IMG/VR virus record: IMGVR_UViG_3300020577_008668
Coordinates: 1 to 64,000 of that record
Direction: 5' to 3' (one strand)
DNA length: 64,000 bases
Source of the DNA: a virus
Taxonomy: Duplodnaviria > Caudoviricetes
The translations under genes were made by a program, and so were the position numbers. Under the pieces are notes generated by a model that made no database searches, had not been told where the DNA came from, and saw only the letters and a program-made list of their open reading frames with translations. Below are positions 1 to 9,099 of this stretch, piece by piece; the first letter of the stretch is position 1; each line of letters opens with the position of its first letter.

Positions 1-121
1 GTGTCGGGGTCGAACACGGCGAAAGCCCCGTTGCAGATTGTGAACGCTGCGGTCCAAGCAGCAGCAGACACGTGACGGTCACGACGTTCTCGTTCACGAT
101 CACCCTCGACTACACCGGCCC

Positions 122-556
122 ATGGACACCCTCGGGGTGGCGGCTCGGATGGGGGCTCTCATGACCGTTCTCCTTGCAGCGATCGCAGCCGACACCATCC
201 CAGCCACCGACGGCCGCGTCCTCGTCATCATCGCGACCATCGGCTGCATCGGCACGATCGCGACCGCGTGGATCCCGGTCCGACGCGCCGCTGACCGCGC
301 CAAAGCCGCCCAACAAGGCGTCGACCGCATCGCCGAATCGGTTGGTGAGGTCAACGGCCACGGCACTGTCCAAGACGCGACAGGGCAACTCCTCGACCAG
401 GTCGCCGCCGTCCGCGCCGATGTCCGCTCCATGCACACCACCGTCGAATCGCTCGTGGTTTCAGAGTCGACGATCAGCGACCGGCTGAAGGACCACGACC
501 GCGAGCACGCCGACCACCGGCGCCGCCTCGACAACATCGAGAAGGACCGCACATGA
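122..556 (+). CDS. Membrane protein with coiled-coil C-terminus (type often found beside actinophage lysis genes)
   Basis: 144 aa; two N-terminal hydrophobic stretches, then heptad-like VAAVRADVRSMHTTVESL...HRRRLDNIEK. Confidence 0.65.
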   Translation: MDTLGVAARMGALMTVLLAAIAADTIPATDGRVLVIIATIGCIGTIATAWIPVRRAADRAKAAQQGVDRIAESVGEVNGHGTVQDATGQLLDQVAAVRADVRSMHTTVESLVVSESTISDRLKDHDREHADHRRRLDNIEKDRT

Positions 557-648
557 CCGCTTTCGCGAAACCGAACCGTGACGCCTCGCAGATGGTGTGG
601 GTGCGTGCCCCGATCTCTGGGGCAGCCGCAGACATCGACACACCATAA
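553..648 (+). pseudogene. 31-aa gene remnant (MTAFAKPNRDASQMVWVRAPISGAAADIDTP)
   Basis: ATGA overlap with the previous stop; ends exactly at the GC junction. Confidence 0.35.
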
Positions 649-677
649 ACCACAAAAGAACATTTTCCCCTGACGAG

Positions 678-1040
678 TTATGCGGGTCGATTGTCGTAAT
701 CGGAGTATTTTTCATGCTTTGAAAAATGCAACAAAGCTGCTGCATGGAACATTACAGCGGCCAAATGATTAAATCCTTCTTCGTCGACCATTTCTCCACC
801 CCAAAACTGGTGAGCATGTCGCTGTAACGCAGCATAAGAAAGGCTCCAATCGTAGCCTGCTTCCCAATTTCTAGGATTATACTTTTCGGCCCCTTTCCCA
901 TAATGCTCAGCCATTTCCCACAGTGAATCTACAGGAATAAGATCAAATCTTGCTCTTTTAGTTTCTTTTTCTCCACCAGTTTTGGACTTAACCCGATAAA
1001 CTCCCTCTTGAGAGGGACGGCTCTGCTTGTTCTTTCCCAT
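678..1040 (-). CDS. dATP/dGTP diphosphohydrolase N-terminal-domain protein (DUF5664-like)
   Basis: FDLIP...GAEKY..RNWEAG...YAALQRH...W..GE..D.E..NHLAAV.F.AA motif pattern. Confidence 0.85.
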   Translation of the reverse strand: MGKNKQSRPSQEGVYRVKSKTGGEKETKRARFDLIPVDSLWEMAEHYGKGAEKYNPRNWEAGYDWSLSYAALQRHAHQFWGGEMVDEEGFNHLAAVMFHAAALLHFSKHEKYSDYDNRPA

Positions 1041-1096
1041 AAAAGTTCTCCATCTGTTTAGGTCGTAGTTATCTTAACCGACAAAAGAGGTTCAGT

Positions 1097-2116
1097 ATGC
1101 CAATCACTATCAGAGAGCAACTTGGTGGAAACCCTATCGTTCCTCCCCCTATCCCGCAAGGGTGGAAACCTGACGCCTGTCCCGATTTAAGTTTCTCTCA
1201 AGTTCCTTGGAGCGGGTTTAAAACCCCGTGGTCTATCAGTATTGAAAATGCTACTGTAGATGTGAGCAGAACAGCTTCTTTAACCAGCTTTGATACACCT
1301 TTGGATCTTGGTGTTCCTGACACTGTTTGGCAAGGTTCAGTGTCAGGAATGCCGTTCCATGTACCGGGTGCTGACGCTAAAGCTCAACTTGTTTTAGATA
1401 AAGGTCGCCCACCTGTGGTTCGATATGAGACCCGTCGTTTTCTTTTTTGGGATTTCCAGGTACCAGTTTCAGTACAGCAACCTATTGAAGCTATCACTTT
1501 GCCTCCGGTCCTTCGTCGGGAAGGGGACCCTAATGGGTCTTATGACCGTCACACTTATCTGATTCGTCCTGACGCTGGGCGTCTTGTTGAGATAATTCAA
1601 ATAGAACATTCGTCAATGTTTGGGGCGGAATGGACTGCCGGTTGGGATGGCGGAGGTCCAGGTATTGCTGTGTGGGACACAACCCGCCCTTGGGATGAGG
1701 TAGGTCAACCTGTTGGGGTTTGTGCCGCTGGGGTTCCACAGTTCCCTCATTTTATTCGTTTTGATGAGGTAGCTAATGGGACACTTGACCATGCTGCTTT
1801 TTTTGCTTTACCTAAATATAATCCTGGTAAAACAGGTTACGCTCGTGGTTCTGACGGCAAGGACCCTTCTCATTCTCTGCGAGCAGGGGAAAGAATCCGT
1901 CTTTCTGCAGAAGCTACTAATCGTATTTGCTTAGAACGTGGCCCGAGATCTTTGGAGGCAACTGTTGCCATTGGTTTACGTAAACATGGGGCTATTTTAG
2001 GAGATACTGCTTCTGTTCCTGCTCTTGTAGGTACCCAAGATAGACGGTGGAGAGATCATGGGTGGAAGGGGTTAGGAACTAAGCTAAGCGACTTTGAGGT
2101 CGTAGTTAGCCCCTAA
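1097..2116 (+). CDS. Uncharacterised Pro/Gly-rich protein of a bacterial family
   Basis: 339 aa ORF with SD (AGAGG); GVCAAGVPQFPHFIRFDEV...LDHAAFFALP resembles a bacterial G-x-x-A-x-G-L-P...I-R-x-x-E...I-x-H-A motif recalled from memory. Confidence 0.6.
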   Translation: MPITIREQLGGNPIVPPPIPQGWKPDACPDLSFSQVPWSGFKTPWSISIENATVDVSRTASLTSFDTPLDLGVPDTVWQGSVSGMPFHVPGADAKAQLVLDKGRPPVVRYETRRFLFWDFQVPVSVQQPIEAITLPPVLRREGDPNGSYDRHTYLIRPDAGRLVEIIQIEHSSMFGAEWTAGWDGGGPGIAVWDTTRPWDEVGQPVGVCAAGVPQFPHFIRFDEVANGTLDHAAFFALPKYNPGKTGYARGSDGKDPSHSLRAGERIRLSAEATNRICLERGPRSLEATVAIGLRKHGAILGDTASVPALVGTQDRRWRDHGWKGLGTKLSDFEVVVSP

Positions 2117-2171
2117 CCCCCGTAGAAGGCCCTCTAAGAGGAGTAGTTTATTTTAAGGCACCTTTACCCAT

Positions 2172-3002
2172 TTAGCTCTCAGGGCTTTTAAAGGAGCCCT
2201 GAGGGGCGTTAGAAGCAAATTCGTGCCTGAAGCAGTGCCAACGTTCTCTTGCAAAAGGACCGACAGGGTTTTCTTCTAAATCGGCAGGACGACAAACGTG
2301 CTCTAACGGGCTCCAATGTCCGTGTGTCACAAGACGGGTAAATAATTCAAAATCTTTAGATACGTCTCGTTTTCCATCGTGACTGAGGTATGAAACTCTT
2401 GCACATCGTGCGGCCGAAAGTTTTTTCAAATTTTCTGTGTCAAAGTCTTTTTCGTTTTCTTGAATGTAGGGTAGATGCCATTCGTTTTGTTTGAGAAGTT
2501 TCGGTTCAGAACTTTCGTAAAGTTCTCTCATTTTTTCTGCTGGGATACGAATTTCTGCTTGAGCATCAGAGTTGCAGCGTTGAGTGAAAAAATTTTGAAA
2601 CTCTGACCCTGTGATAATAGCTGTGGTGTAACTGTAAGGTTCCAGTACCCTGTTAACGACCTCTTTTGACACGTTCATGTTTTGAAGAATTGTTGCGTAG
2701 TCTACTGCGGCTGAGGCAGCTTCTATCCAAACATCTAGTGCCTCATTGAGAAGGTCTCCCTCAAGAGGAGGACCGGCCTGCATCCCCGGTTGAGCTGTTC
2801 CCCATACGAGCGGAACAGCTATGTCGTCACACACCGAGTCGATAACCTTTTGTATAGGGCGGGCTCGTGAACTGGCAGCGTTTCTAGCAAAAACTCGGTG
2901 AGTAAGGAATTCACTCCAAATGTAGCGGTGAACTTTTATTTCAAAAGTAGTGAGTCTTTCCCCGTACTGATTAACCGAGTCTGAAATGATCCTTGCTGGC
3001 AT
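2172..3002 (-). CDS. thyX: FAD-dependent thymidylate synthase ThyX/Thy1
   Basis: EFLTHRVFARNAASSRARP and SAARCARVSY...HWSPLEH. Confidence 0.93.
   Translation of the reverse strand: MPARIISDSVNQYGERLTTFEIKVHRYIWSEFLTHRVFARNAASSRARPIQKVIDSVCDDIAVPLVWGTAQPGMQAGPPLEGDLLNEALDVWIEAASAAVDYATILQNMNVSKEVVNRVLEPYSYTTAIITGSEFQNFFTQRCNSDAQAEIRIPAEKMRELYESSEPKLLKQNEWHLPYIQENEKDFDTENLKKLSAARCARVSYLSHDGKRDVSKDFELFTRLVTHGHWSPLEHVCRPADLEENPVGPFARERWHCFRHEFASNAPQGSFKSPES
2178..2203. terminator. Possible bidirectional terminator between convergent genes
   Basis: 9-bp perfect stem CTCAGGGCT / AGCCCTGAG overlapping the thyX 3' end. Confidence 0.35.
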
Positions 3003-3006
3003 TTTT

Positions 3007-3495
3007 TTAGTTTCCTATCTTAAGTTTCTGTAAGTCTACTTTTGCTTTAGCTAAAAAGTCGTCCACTGTAGCAGTGTTTACCCTATGTTCTTCAACTAAA
3101 CAAACAATTGTTTTTATCCCAGCTGAAGCAATGCTTTTAGCGCAAGTAAGACAAGGCTCTCCGTTTACGTACAGTGTAGCACCGTGGAACCTGTCCCCGT
3201 CACCGTGAGCTAAGGCATTTATCTCAGCATGACTAGAGAAACAAAGCCCCGGCCCGGAATCGTATGGGGTTCCTGACGGAACATCATTTAACGCTCTTGG
3301 GCATCCCCCGTCAACACAGTCAACCATCCCACTTGGTAACCCGTTATAGCCTGTTCCAGCTACCTTTCCGTACTTGTCGATGATGAAACAAAAGAACGCT
3401 TTTTTCTGACAGCGGCGAAAAATCTCTGCGTTGGCTACACATGCACGTAACCATTGCAAATGTTTTCTAGTCAACTTATTGGTTTCGTCAAGCAT
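3007..3495 (-). CDS. dCMP deaminase
   Basis: GYNG, HAEINAL and EPCLTCAKSI zinc-deaminase motifs. Confidence 0.92.
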   Translation of the reverse strand: MLDETNKLTRKHLQWLRACVANAEIFRRCQKKAFFCFIIDKYGKVAGTGYNGLPSGMVDCVDGGCPRALNDVPSGTPYDSGPGLCFSSHAEINALAHGDGDRFHGATLYVNGEPCLTCAKSIASAGIKTIVCLVEEHRVNTATVDDFLAKAKVDLQKLKIGN

Positions 3496-3766
3496 TTTCT
3501 AATGTTTCAACTTCGAGCTGTTTCATACGTGAGATAACCTCACTCCACCCCAAAACGGTTAATTCTTTGATTATTTTTCCATCAAAGAATTTATTAACAG
3601 AGTTGCAGATTGTAGCGAACTCATCAGAGTTAATGTTCAAATGTTTGGTTTTTCCAAACTGATCTGAGATGTAAGCATGATTAGCTTCACAAGGGATGAT
3701 TCTACTAGCGTCTCCTGATGGCTGAAATACAGCAACTTTTTTGTTTTTAGGGGCACCCATTGTCAT
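3488..3766 (-). CDS. Hypothetical protein
   Basis: 92 aa ORF overlapping both neighbours in an operon-like way. Confidence 0.6.
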   Translation of the reverse strand: MTMGAPKNKKVAVFQPSGDASRIIPCEANHAYISDQFGKTKHLNINSDEFATICNSVNKFFDGKIIKELTVLGWSEVISRMKQLEVETLENA

Positions 3767-4160
3767 CTCTTTCTTGTAGGTAACGAAATGCTAGTTTTTC
3801 TAACTGTATCGAGTTGGCCCGGATACGCGAATCCGAGTGTAGCAGTCTCACGGGGAAGGTTGTGTAACCAAGGTCTACGCAGGCGGCGAGACGATGGTAC
3901 CCGTCTTGGAATCTTAGATTAATCCCATCACTATAACAGGTCCCTGGCTCTTGCAACCCTACCCCTTGGATTGATAATAGTAATTCAATAAACCCTGTAT
4001 CAGAACGGGCTTTTGCTACTAGGCGACTTTCAGCTATTTCCAACATCAACCCTATAGGAATGTAAATTCCTTCAAGACGGAACGATTCGGTGGTTTGCCC
4101 ATACGCCCCGTCATCAAAGAATTCCCCACCCCAATTTAAGCTTGTTTTGTGGTCAGCCAA
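3747..4160 (-). CDS. ParB/Srx-like N-terminal domain protein
   Basis: QDGYHRLAACVDLGYTTFPV matches the DGxHRxxA ParB-like motif. Confidence 0.65.
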   Translation of the reverse strand: MADHKTSLNWGGEFFDDGAYGQTTESFRLEGIYIPIGLMLEIAESRLVAKARSDTGFIELLLSIQGVGLQEPGTCYSDGINLRFQDGYHRLAACVDLGYTTFPVRLLHSDSRIRANSIQLEKLAFRYLQERDDNGCP

Positions 4161-4188
4161 GTTGGTCCCCTTGATAGGATTCGCCGTT

Positions 4189-4551
4189 ATGAATACGTCT
4201 TTTGGTGTTCAAGTTTTCTGTTACTCATGTGGCGAAGGTTGGTCGGAGTATACCATCCCTACCAATTGTGTTGGTTGTGGAAAGTCCTCTCAGTTGGGTT
4301 ACTCCAGGTCGTTACTCAACCAAGACGATTTCATCGGGGTGATTGAATCACCTGCTCAAAACTTAATGTTTCTTGAGCAAAGTGTTAAAGACCATCATGT
4401 GACTAAAGTTTTTTATGTTCCACTTCCCTTAAATTTGTACACTTTAGATTCGTTCATCTTTAACTGGGACCAGGCCCAGGTGTATAGTTTAGATTTCAGT
4501 TTTTTATGCTCTATTGAGTTTTACTACAAGGAACTTTTCGGGTTTTCATGA
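4189..4551 (+). CDS. Zn-ribbon hypothetical protein
   Basis: CYSC...CVGC; ATG 4189 preferred to the upstream start that overlaps the ParB-like gene. Confidence 0.55.
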   Translation: MNTSFGVQVFCYSCGEGWSEYTIPTNCVGCGKSSQLGYSRSLLNQDDFIGVIESPAQNLMFLEQSVKDHHVTKVFYVPLPLNLYTLDSFIFNWDQAQVYSLDFSFLCSIEFYYKELFGFS

Positions 4552-4754
4552 TTTTCTGTACCGAATGTGATATGGACATTGATGACATGTCCGTTAGTTG
4601 TTGTTGTCATGATTTTTTAAACTGGTCGGTTTTTAATAACACTGAGGTACCTGAGTTTTCTTTAGTTTTGCCTCGTAACCAGTATTTTTTAAACTTTGAC
4701 TTGGAACAAATCTTTTATTTAGACAACGATCGTGCCATTGTACTCAATGAGTAG
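4548..4754 (+). CDS. Small Cys-rich hypothetical protein
   Basis: CTEC...CCC; ATGA overlap with the previous gene. Confidence 0.5.
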   Translation: MIFCTECDMDIDDMSVSCCCHDFLNWSVFNNTEVPEFSLVLPRNQYFLNFDLEQIFYLDNDRAIVLNE

Positions 4755-5172
4755 CAAACTGTTAAGGGAACAGATGACCTCTTGGTTAGTTCAGATGAAC
4801 CAAATTTCTAGCACAGCTAGATTCATCAACAAATGTGATGTTATTGACATTCAGTTCGATAACGGTCATTCAAGAGAAGTTTATTTGGTTACTAGTATCG
4901 AAGATAGGCAACGGGGGTTGTCTCATCTTCCGTCACTGGAAACGGACGGAATGCTTTTTGCATTCGCTGCCCCGTCTTTGGTTCCTTTTAACATGTCAGA
5001 CATGTTGTTTGATGTTGATATCGCTTGGTATGATTATCAGGGGAATCTTTTGAAAATGACTTCTTGTTCAGCTGGGCTTACTACCCCAGTTTGTTCCCCT
5101 GAAGCGTTTTCTTACGTTTTAGAAGCACCTGTGGGAACTATTCCAACTACCAACTTGAAAGTAAGGTATTGA
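4747..5172 (+). CDS. DUF192-domain protein
   Basis: RQRGLSH...DGMLFAF...FNMSDMLFDVDIAWYD...YVLEAP. Confidence 0.85.
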   Translation: MSSKLLREQMTSWLVQMNQISSTARFINKCDVIDIQFDNGHSREVYLVTSIEDRQRGLSHLPSLETDGMLFAFAAPSLVPFNMSDMLFDVDIAWYDYQGNLLKMTSCSAGLTTPVCSPEAFSYVLEAPVGTIPTTNLKVRY

Positions 5173-5336
5173 TGGCATCTAATTGGGTTGACTGGATGGA
5201 TGAAGATGAGGCTTGTTCTAATTGTGGAGAAGTGTTCTTCCATCAGTCTAAAACTTTAGGAATTTGTTTGGAGTGTGCCAGTGAACTTCTTGCAAGATCT
5301 TTTCAAGATAATGAAAGTTTCGAAACCGTCTTGTGA
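5172..5336 (+). CDS. 54-aa Zn-finger protein (not in ORF track)
   Basis: MASNWVDWMDEDEACSNCGEVFFHQSKTLGICLECASELL...; TGATG coupling to the DUF192 gene. Confidence 0.55.
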   Translation: MASNWVDWMDEDEACSNCGEVFFHQSKTLGICLECASELLARSFQDNESFETVL

Positions 5337-5337
5337 A

Positions 5338-5460
5338 ATGATTCGCATTGTTGATGCGATAACCCACAAGTTACCCATCCCTGCCTCTGTTCAGGGATGG
5401 GTTTGCAATTTGTACGACGAAAGTTTACGCAAAGAAGTAAACTTCAGCCAGTTAGATTAG
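5338..5460 (+). CDS. 40-aa hypothetical protein
   Basis: Starts 1 nt after the previous stop and fills the gap to the convergent ligase. Confidence 0.35.
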   Translation: MIRIVDAITHKLPIPASVQGWVCNLYDESLRKEVNFSQLD

Positions 5461-5463
5461 TTA

Positions 5464-6486
5464 TCATTTTTCTTTCGTCAAATATTTATTTGAAATCACT
5501 TTGATGTTTCGATGGTTATCTAGGGGACTTCCGTCAAGGTGACGCCACACAACGCCTTCTGCTAAACAACCAGGGTTTAGAGTGGATTTCATTCCGTCAA
5601 CTTGCCCAAGGGCTTCTTCTAGGCTCTGAGGGGATTTAAGGGGTAGTTGGGGGACTGTTGGTAGACCAAAGTTGCGTACGAAAGTCCACGGTTGTGGGAC
5701 ACCACCAATGTCTACGTTGAACAAACCAAACCGATGACCTTTTAACTTTAGGCGATTTCCGTTGATCCCTTCACCGTAAAGTTCCCCCTGAGCAACAATG
5801 GGGGTCTTATTAAGGTTGAGCATATCAGACCAACCTCTTAACACGGTTTCTATGTCAAGAGATTTTGCTATTTTCCAAAACGGGTTTGTGTCGGACTCAG
5901 CAAGGTCAACGTTATGAGAACAGACATGGAAGACTCCTTCTGAATCTAGTCCGAAGGAGGCAGAACTTCCGTCTATTTTTTCACTACAAACGACTTCCCC
6001 TTCAAGGGGGAAAAGGTGATTAACGTTCTGCGCTCGTTCAGCCCCAGTTTTCCAGACCCAAGAGGGACGCAGCCCGACAGATATTCCCAACAGAGACGTT
6101 GGAACAGGGGGTTCCCATCTGAGAACCCCTAATATGTCTGTAACATCAGACCGTACGGGTAGTTCTGCAAGTTCAGGGAACTCTGATAATGGTAAGGCTA
6201 ACCCTTGTGAATAGGTTCCTCTTAAGCGGATCGTTTTAAGTACGTGACCTTGATTCCCTGAGGCGTCTGTTCGGACACCTCTTGGTTTAAGGAAACTAAA
6301 CCGTGGATCTTCCACATCCAGCATGGAGTCTATTTCAAAGTAGCAACATTTGTCCCCTGTTGTGAAGTTTCCTTTGCCGCTAACAACTTCCCATCCTCGG
6401 ATTCCGACAACTTCGATTTGGTCGGCGTCGGGGATGGGGCGAGTGTGGGTTACAGTTTCAATGGTTGCAAGTGAACGTTCAGTCAT
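5464..6486 (-). CDS. ATP-dependent RNA ligase, DRB0094 family (N-terminal OB-like domain plus Rnl2-type core)
   Basis: IPDADQIEVVGIRGWEVV...YFEIDS...LRGTYSQGL; motif I EKIDGSS; QGELYG; EGVV; KVISNKYL. Confidence 0.9.
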   Translation of the reverse strand: MTERSLATIETVTHTRPIPDADQIEVVGIRGWEVVSGKGNFTTGDKCCYFEIDSMLDVEDPRFSFLKPRGVRTDASGNQGHVLKTIRLRGTYSQGLALPLSEFPELAELPVRSDVTDILGVLRWEPPVPTSLLGISVGLRPSWVWKTGAERAQNVNHLFPLEGEVVCSEKIDGSSASFGLDSEGVFHVCSHNVDLAESDTNPFWKIAKSLDIETVLRGWSDMLNLNKTPIVAQGELYGEGINGNRLKLKGHRFGLFNVDIGGVPQPWTFVRNFGLPTVPQLPLKSPQSLEEALGQVDGMKSTLNPGCLAEGVVWRHLDGSPLDNHRNIKVISNKYLTKEK

Positions 6487-6557
6487 CTCTCCATGCTAGC
6501 AGAGGTGATGGCTTTAGTCAACGTTTGTTGATGCGTTGATCTTTTCTCTTGTCTGAC

Positions 6558-6848
6558 TCATTCATCTTCATCCTCTTCATCGTAGTATGGGGAGAAGATG
6601 ATGGACCCGTTTGTGGCAACGGTGACGGGTGGGGAGAGAAGGGAGAGGGTTTCTGTGATGTCAGCCAAAAGTGATTTGACAAGAAACATGGGTGCGCCCC
6701 CAAAGTCAATTACTGGATCAAACTTTTCATGATCAACAGTGATAGTTATGACATACAGTCCAGGATCGGGAAGATCCTCGACTGATACTTCTTCTTCTGT
6801 TAGTTCAGATTCGTCTAACTCTAGTTCTAAATCATACTCTTCATTCAT
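6558..6848 (-). CDS. Highly acidic hypothetical protein
   Basis: 96 aa, D/E-rich at both ends. Confidence 0.65.
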   Translation of the reverse strand: MNEEYDLELELDESELTEEEVSVEDLPDPGLYVITITVDHEKFDPVIDFGGAPMFLVKSLLADITETLSLLSPPVTVATNGSIIFSPYYDEEDEDE

Positions 6849-6921
6849 GAAGATCCCCTTACTCTAGGCAACTACCCTGTTGGGGGTTATAGTAATTCAA
6901 CGCCCTTTAATGTCTGATTGG

Positions 6922-7631
6922 TTAAAGATTGCTGTACAGCATCTCTTTTCGCCGCCTATCCTTACCATCTTTTGACAGAGATAATTGCTGATCCTTTACA
7001 GCAAGAAGGGTCAAAAAGGTTGGGAGGGAACATCCTTGTCCCGCCGACACAAATACATGTGCATCCGTAGAGCACCATCTCTCTAGTGTCTCATAAAACT
7101 TTGGGGTGTCCCAATTTTTCACAGCTGAATACTTGGTAGTTTCATCGTAGGGTGGATCAAGATACATAACAGCAGATGATGGAATTTCTATATCTTTATA
7201 ATCAATGCATGAAATGGAAGACGCTGTCTGTTGCAATGCCGCTTTCTTTTTCATAAGTCCTTTGGCAGCACTGAGAGCGTAGTTGTCATGATCTTGATTA
7301 ACAGCGTATCCCCCAAACCACTTGCCACCGAAAGAGCACCCGAACCCAGCGAAGGCTCTCATTGCTGAAGGTTTCGCCTTACGTAGACTTTCATACTCTT
7401 CTCTGGAAAGCTCATGGGGGGGGTTCCATCCATCTAGTAGAGCATTGTATAATAGAACTAAATCAGGAACAATATCTGACCCTAAATATTTATCAAAATG
7501 TGGGGCTAGTGCTTGAGCCATCCAAGCTCCACCTATGATGGTTCGACAAGAACCTCTCGTCGAGGGGTAGCGTCTAAGATAGTTTGACTTAACCATCTAC
7601 TAGCTCTAGCTTTTCCTCCCAAGTATTGCAT
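6922..7631 (-). pseudogene. N6-adenine DNA methyltransferase (D12/Dam class) with a 1-nt frameshift at about 7538
   Basis: ATG 7631 gives MQYLGGKARASRWLSQTILDATPRREVLVEP, then a stop. Adding one base restores EPFIGGAW in frame with the downstream part containing FGGKWFGGY and YLDPPY. Confidence 0.85.
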
Positions 7632-7633
7632 TG

Positions 7634-8998
7634 TTAATACATCCCGTTCTTATCAGCTGAAGAAATAAAACTTATCCCCCTGTAGAAAGCAGACCCGTTT
7701 TCGATGTCAACGGTCTCTACCCATGTACGTTGCGCCCCTTTTGGTTCGTACCAGAAAACAAAAATTCCTTGATGCCAGTTTTCTGAGTGCCCCGTTTGAC
7801 CTTGTTTTCCTGAGGATTTAATTCCTGTCTTGGCTGAGGGAACAAGACCATCAGTCCGACAAAGGCACCCAGGTGACCCTGCGAAGATCATTCTTGATCC
7901 TTTTTTAGTGTTCACTCTTTTGTACACCAACTCACGACGATGAACGTGACCATGCATGGTCGAAACCCCTGATGAGAGATGATTGGCTGCTGTAGCACCT
8001 GGAGCTGACCTGGCTACAGATCCATGTTCGAATCTGAGATAGTCGTTAGCCCAGTATTCTCCATCAGGGTAAGCTTCAATGTAGTTGATTTTGTATTCTT
8101 CCATGTTCAACAGGTATGGGACTGACACAATTGGGGTGCGTTTTGGATCGTTTTCTTTTGAAAGCCCAACTAGTCCAGGCATTTTGTCGGTAAGATTATT
8201 GATTAATCGGGCTTCATGATTATTTCCAAGCCACACTTGTTTGGCGTTTGGGGCTAGTTTTCTGCTAGTTGCACAAATTGTTCCTGCTCTATCTATTGTT
8301 AATTGAGTGTTCCCCATGTATCCGGGTGCTGAACGATGTGAACTGAACTCGGGAAAATCAATGTTGTCCCCAGCGAAAACAACTAGATCAACTCCACCTT
8401 CTTCTTTATAAGTTTCGTTCAAGTATCCTGTTACCTGAAAAGCAACATCTATTGCTTGTTCATCATGAATTGCCGTGAGAGCCCCCTGGGTGTCCCTGTG
8501 GTAACCGATCTGCATATCTGGGAGGAATACCCCCAGACGGGCGTTACTCGGCTTAGAGAGGCCCACAGGGGCCTCTAAGGGCAAGTGAATGTGAATGTCG
8601 GGAACTGAGGCAGGAACAAAAGTAGGAACTGGGCGGATTTCGGCTGTAAGCGTAGTTGTTTCTTTATCTACCAACACTCCTTGCTCAAGCCGCGGAGAAG
8701 TTTGTTTCCTGAAAGAAAACTTGTTGACCGTTCCAACACTGTTATCTGAAAGAGATTTAGCTAAATTCGCTAAATCCTCAATCGGCCCCTCAAACTCAAC
8801 AACTTCTCTCTCAGTCCAAAACCTTTGGCCGTACCTCCCAATAGTGTTAGCTGACAAAGGAGGGTAATCGTTTTCTTCTAGAAAAGAAACGAGAGCTTTA
8901 CCGCGCTGTCCGGCTTCCCACATTTCCTGAAGAACAAATCTTGCAGGATGATCCGCAACCCCTTTAGGGTTATCTGAAAGCTCAGTTTGTTTTGCCAT
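7634..8998 (-). CDS. Calcineurin-like metallophosphoesterase with N-terminal extension
   Basis: PDMQIG, GDNID, GNNHE, FEHG and HGHVHR motifs. Confidence 0.85.
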   Translation of the reverse strand: MAKQTELSDNPKGVADHPARFVLQEMWEAGQRGKALVSFLEENDYPPLSANTIGRYGQRFWTEREVVEFEGPIEDLANLAKSLSDNSVGTVNKFSFRKQTSPRLEQGVLVDKETTTLTAEIRPVPTFVPASVPDIHIHLPLEAPVGLSKPSNARLGVFLPDMQIGYHRDTQGALTAIHDEQAIDVAFQVTGYLNETYKEEGGVDLVVFAGDNIDFPEFSSHRSAPGYMGNTQLTIDRAGTICATSRKLAPNAKQVWLGNNHEARLINNLTDKMPGLVGLSKENDPKRTPIVSVPYLLNMEEYKINYIEAYPDGEYWANDYLRFEHGSVARSAPGATAANHLSSGVSTMHGHVHRRELVYKRVNTKKGSRMIFAGSPGCLCRTDGLVPSAKTGIKSSGKQGQTGHSENWHQGIFVFWYEPKGAQRTWVETVDIENGSAFYRGISFISSADKNGMY

Positions 8999-9099
8999 GT
9001 AGAACTCTCCGTAATTTTGCTTCTTAGAAGATAATCTGAGAAAGAAACAGTACCTTCAAGAGGACGGTCGTCAGCGTACAAGGCTTTCTACGGTGAGTT

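Larger units (their letters stand above)
1..648. other. High-GC foreign segment (gene fragments from a high-GC phage), open at the window edge
   Basis: C/G-ending codons up to the TAA at 646-648, then an abrupt switch to AT-richer backbone sequence. GC contrast judged by eye. Confidence 0.7.

Noticed and set aside
678-1040. Possible diaminopurine (Z) genome signature
   Set aside because: No PurZ or DatZ-like gene in the window; the domain alone is common in ordinary phages
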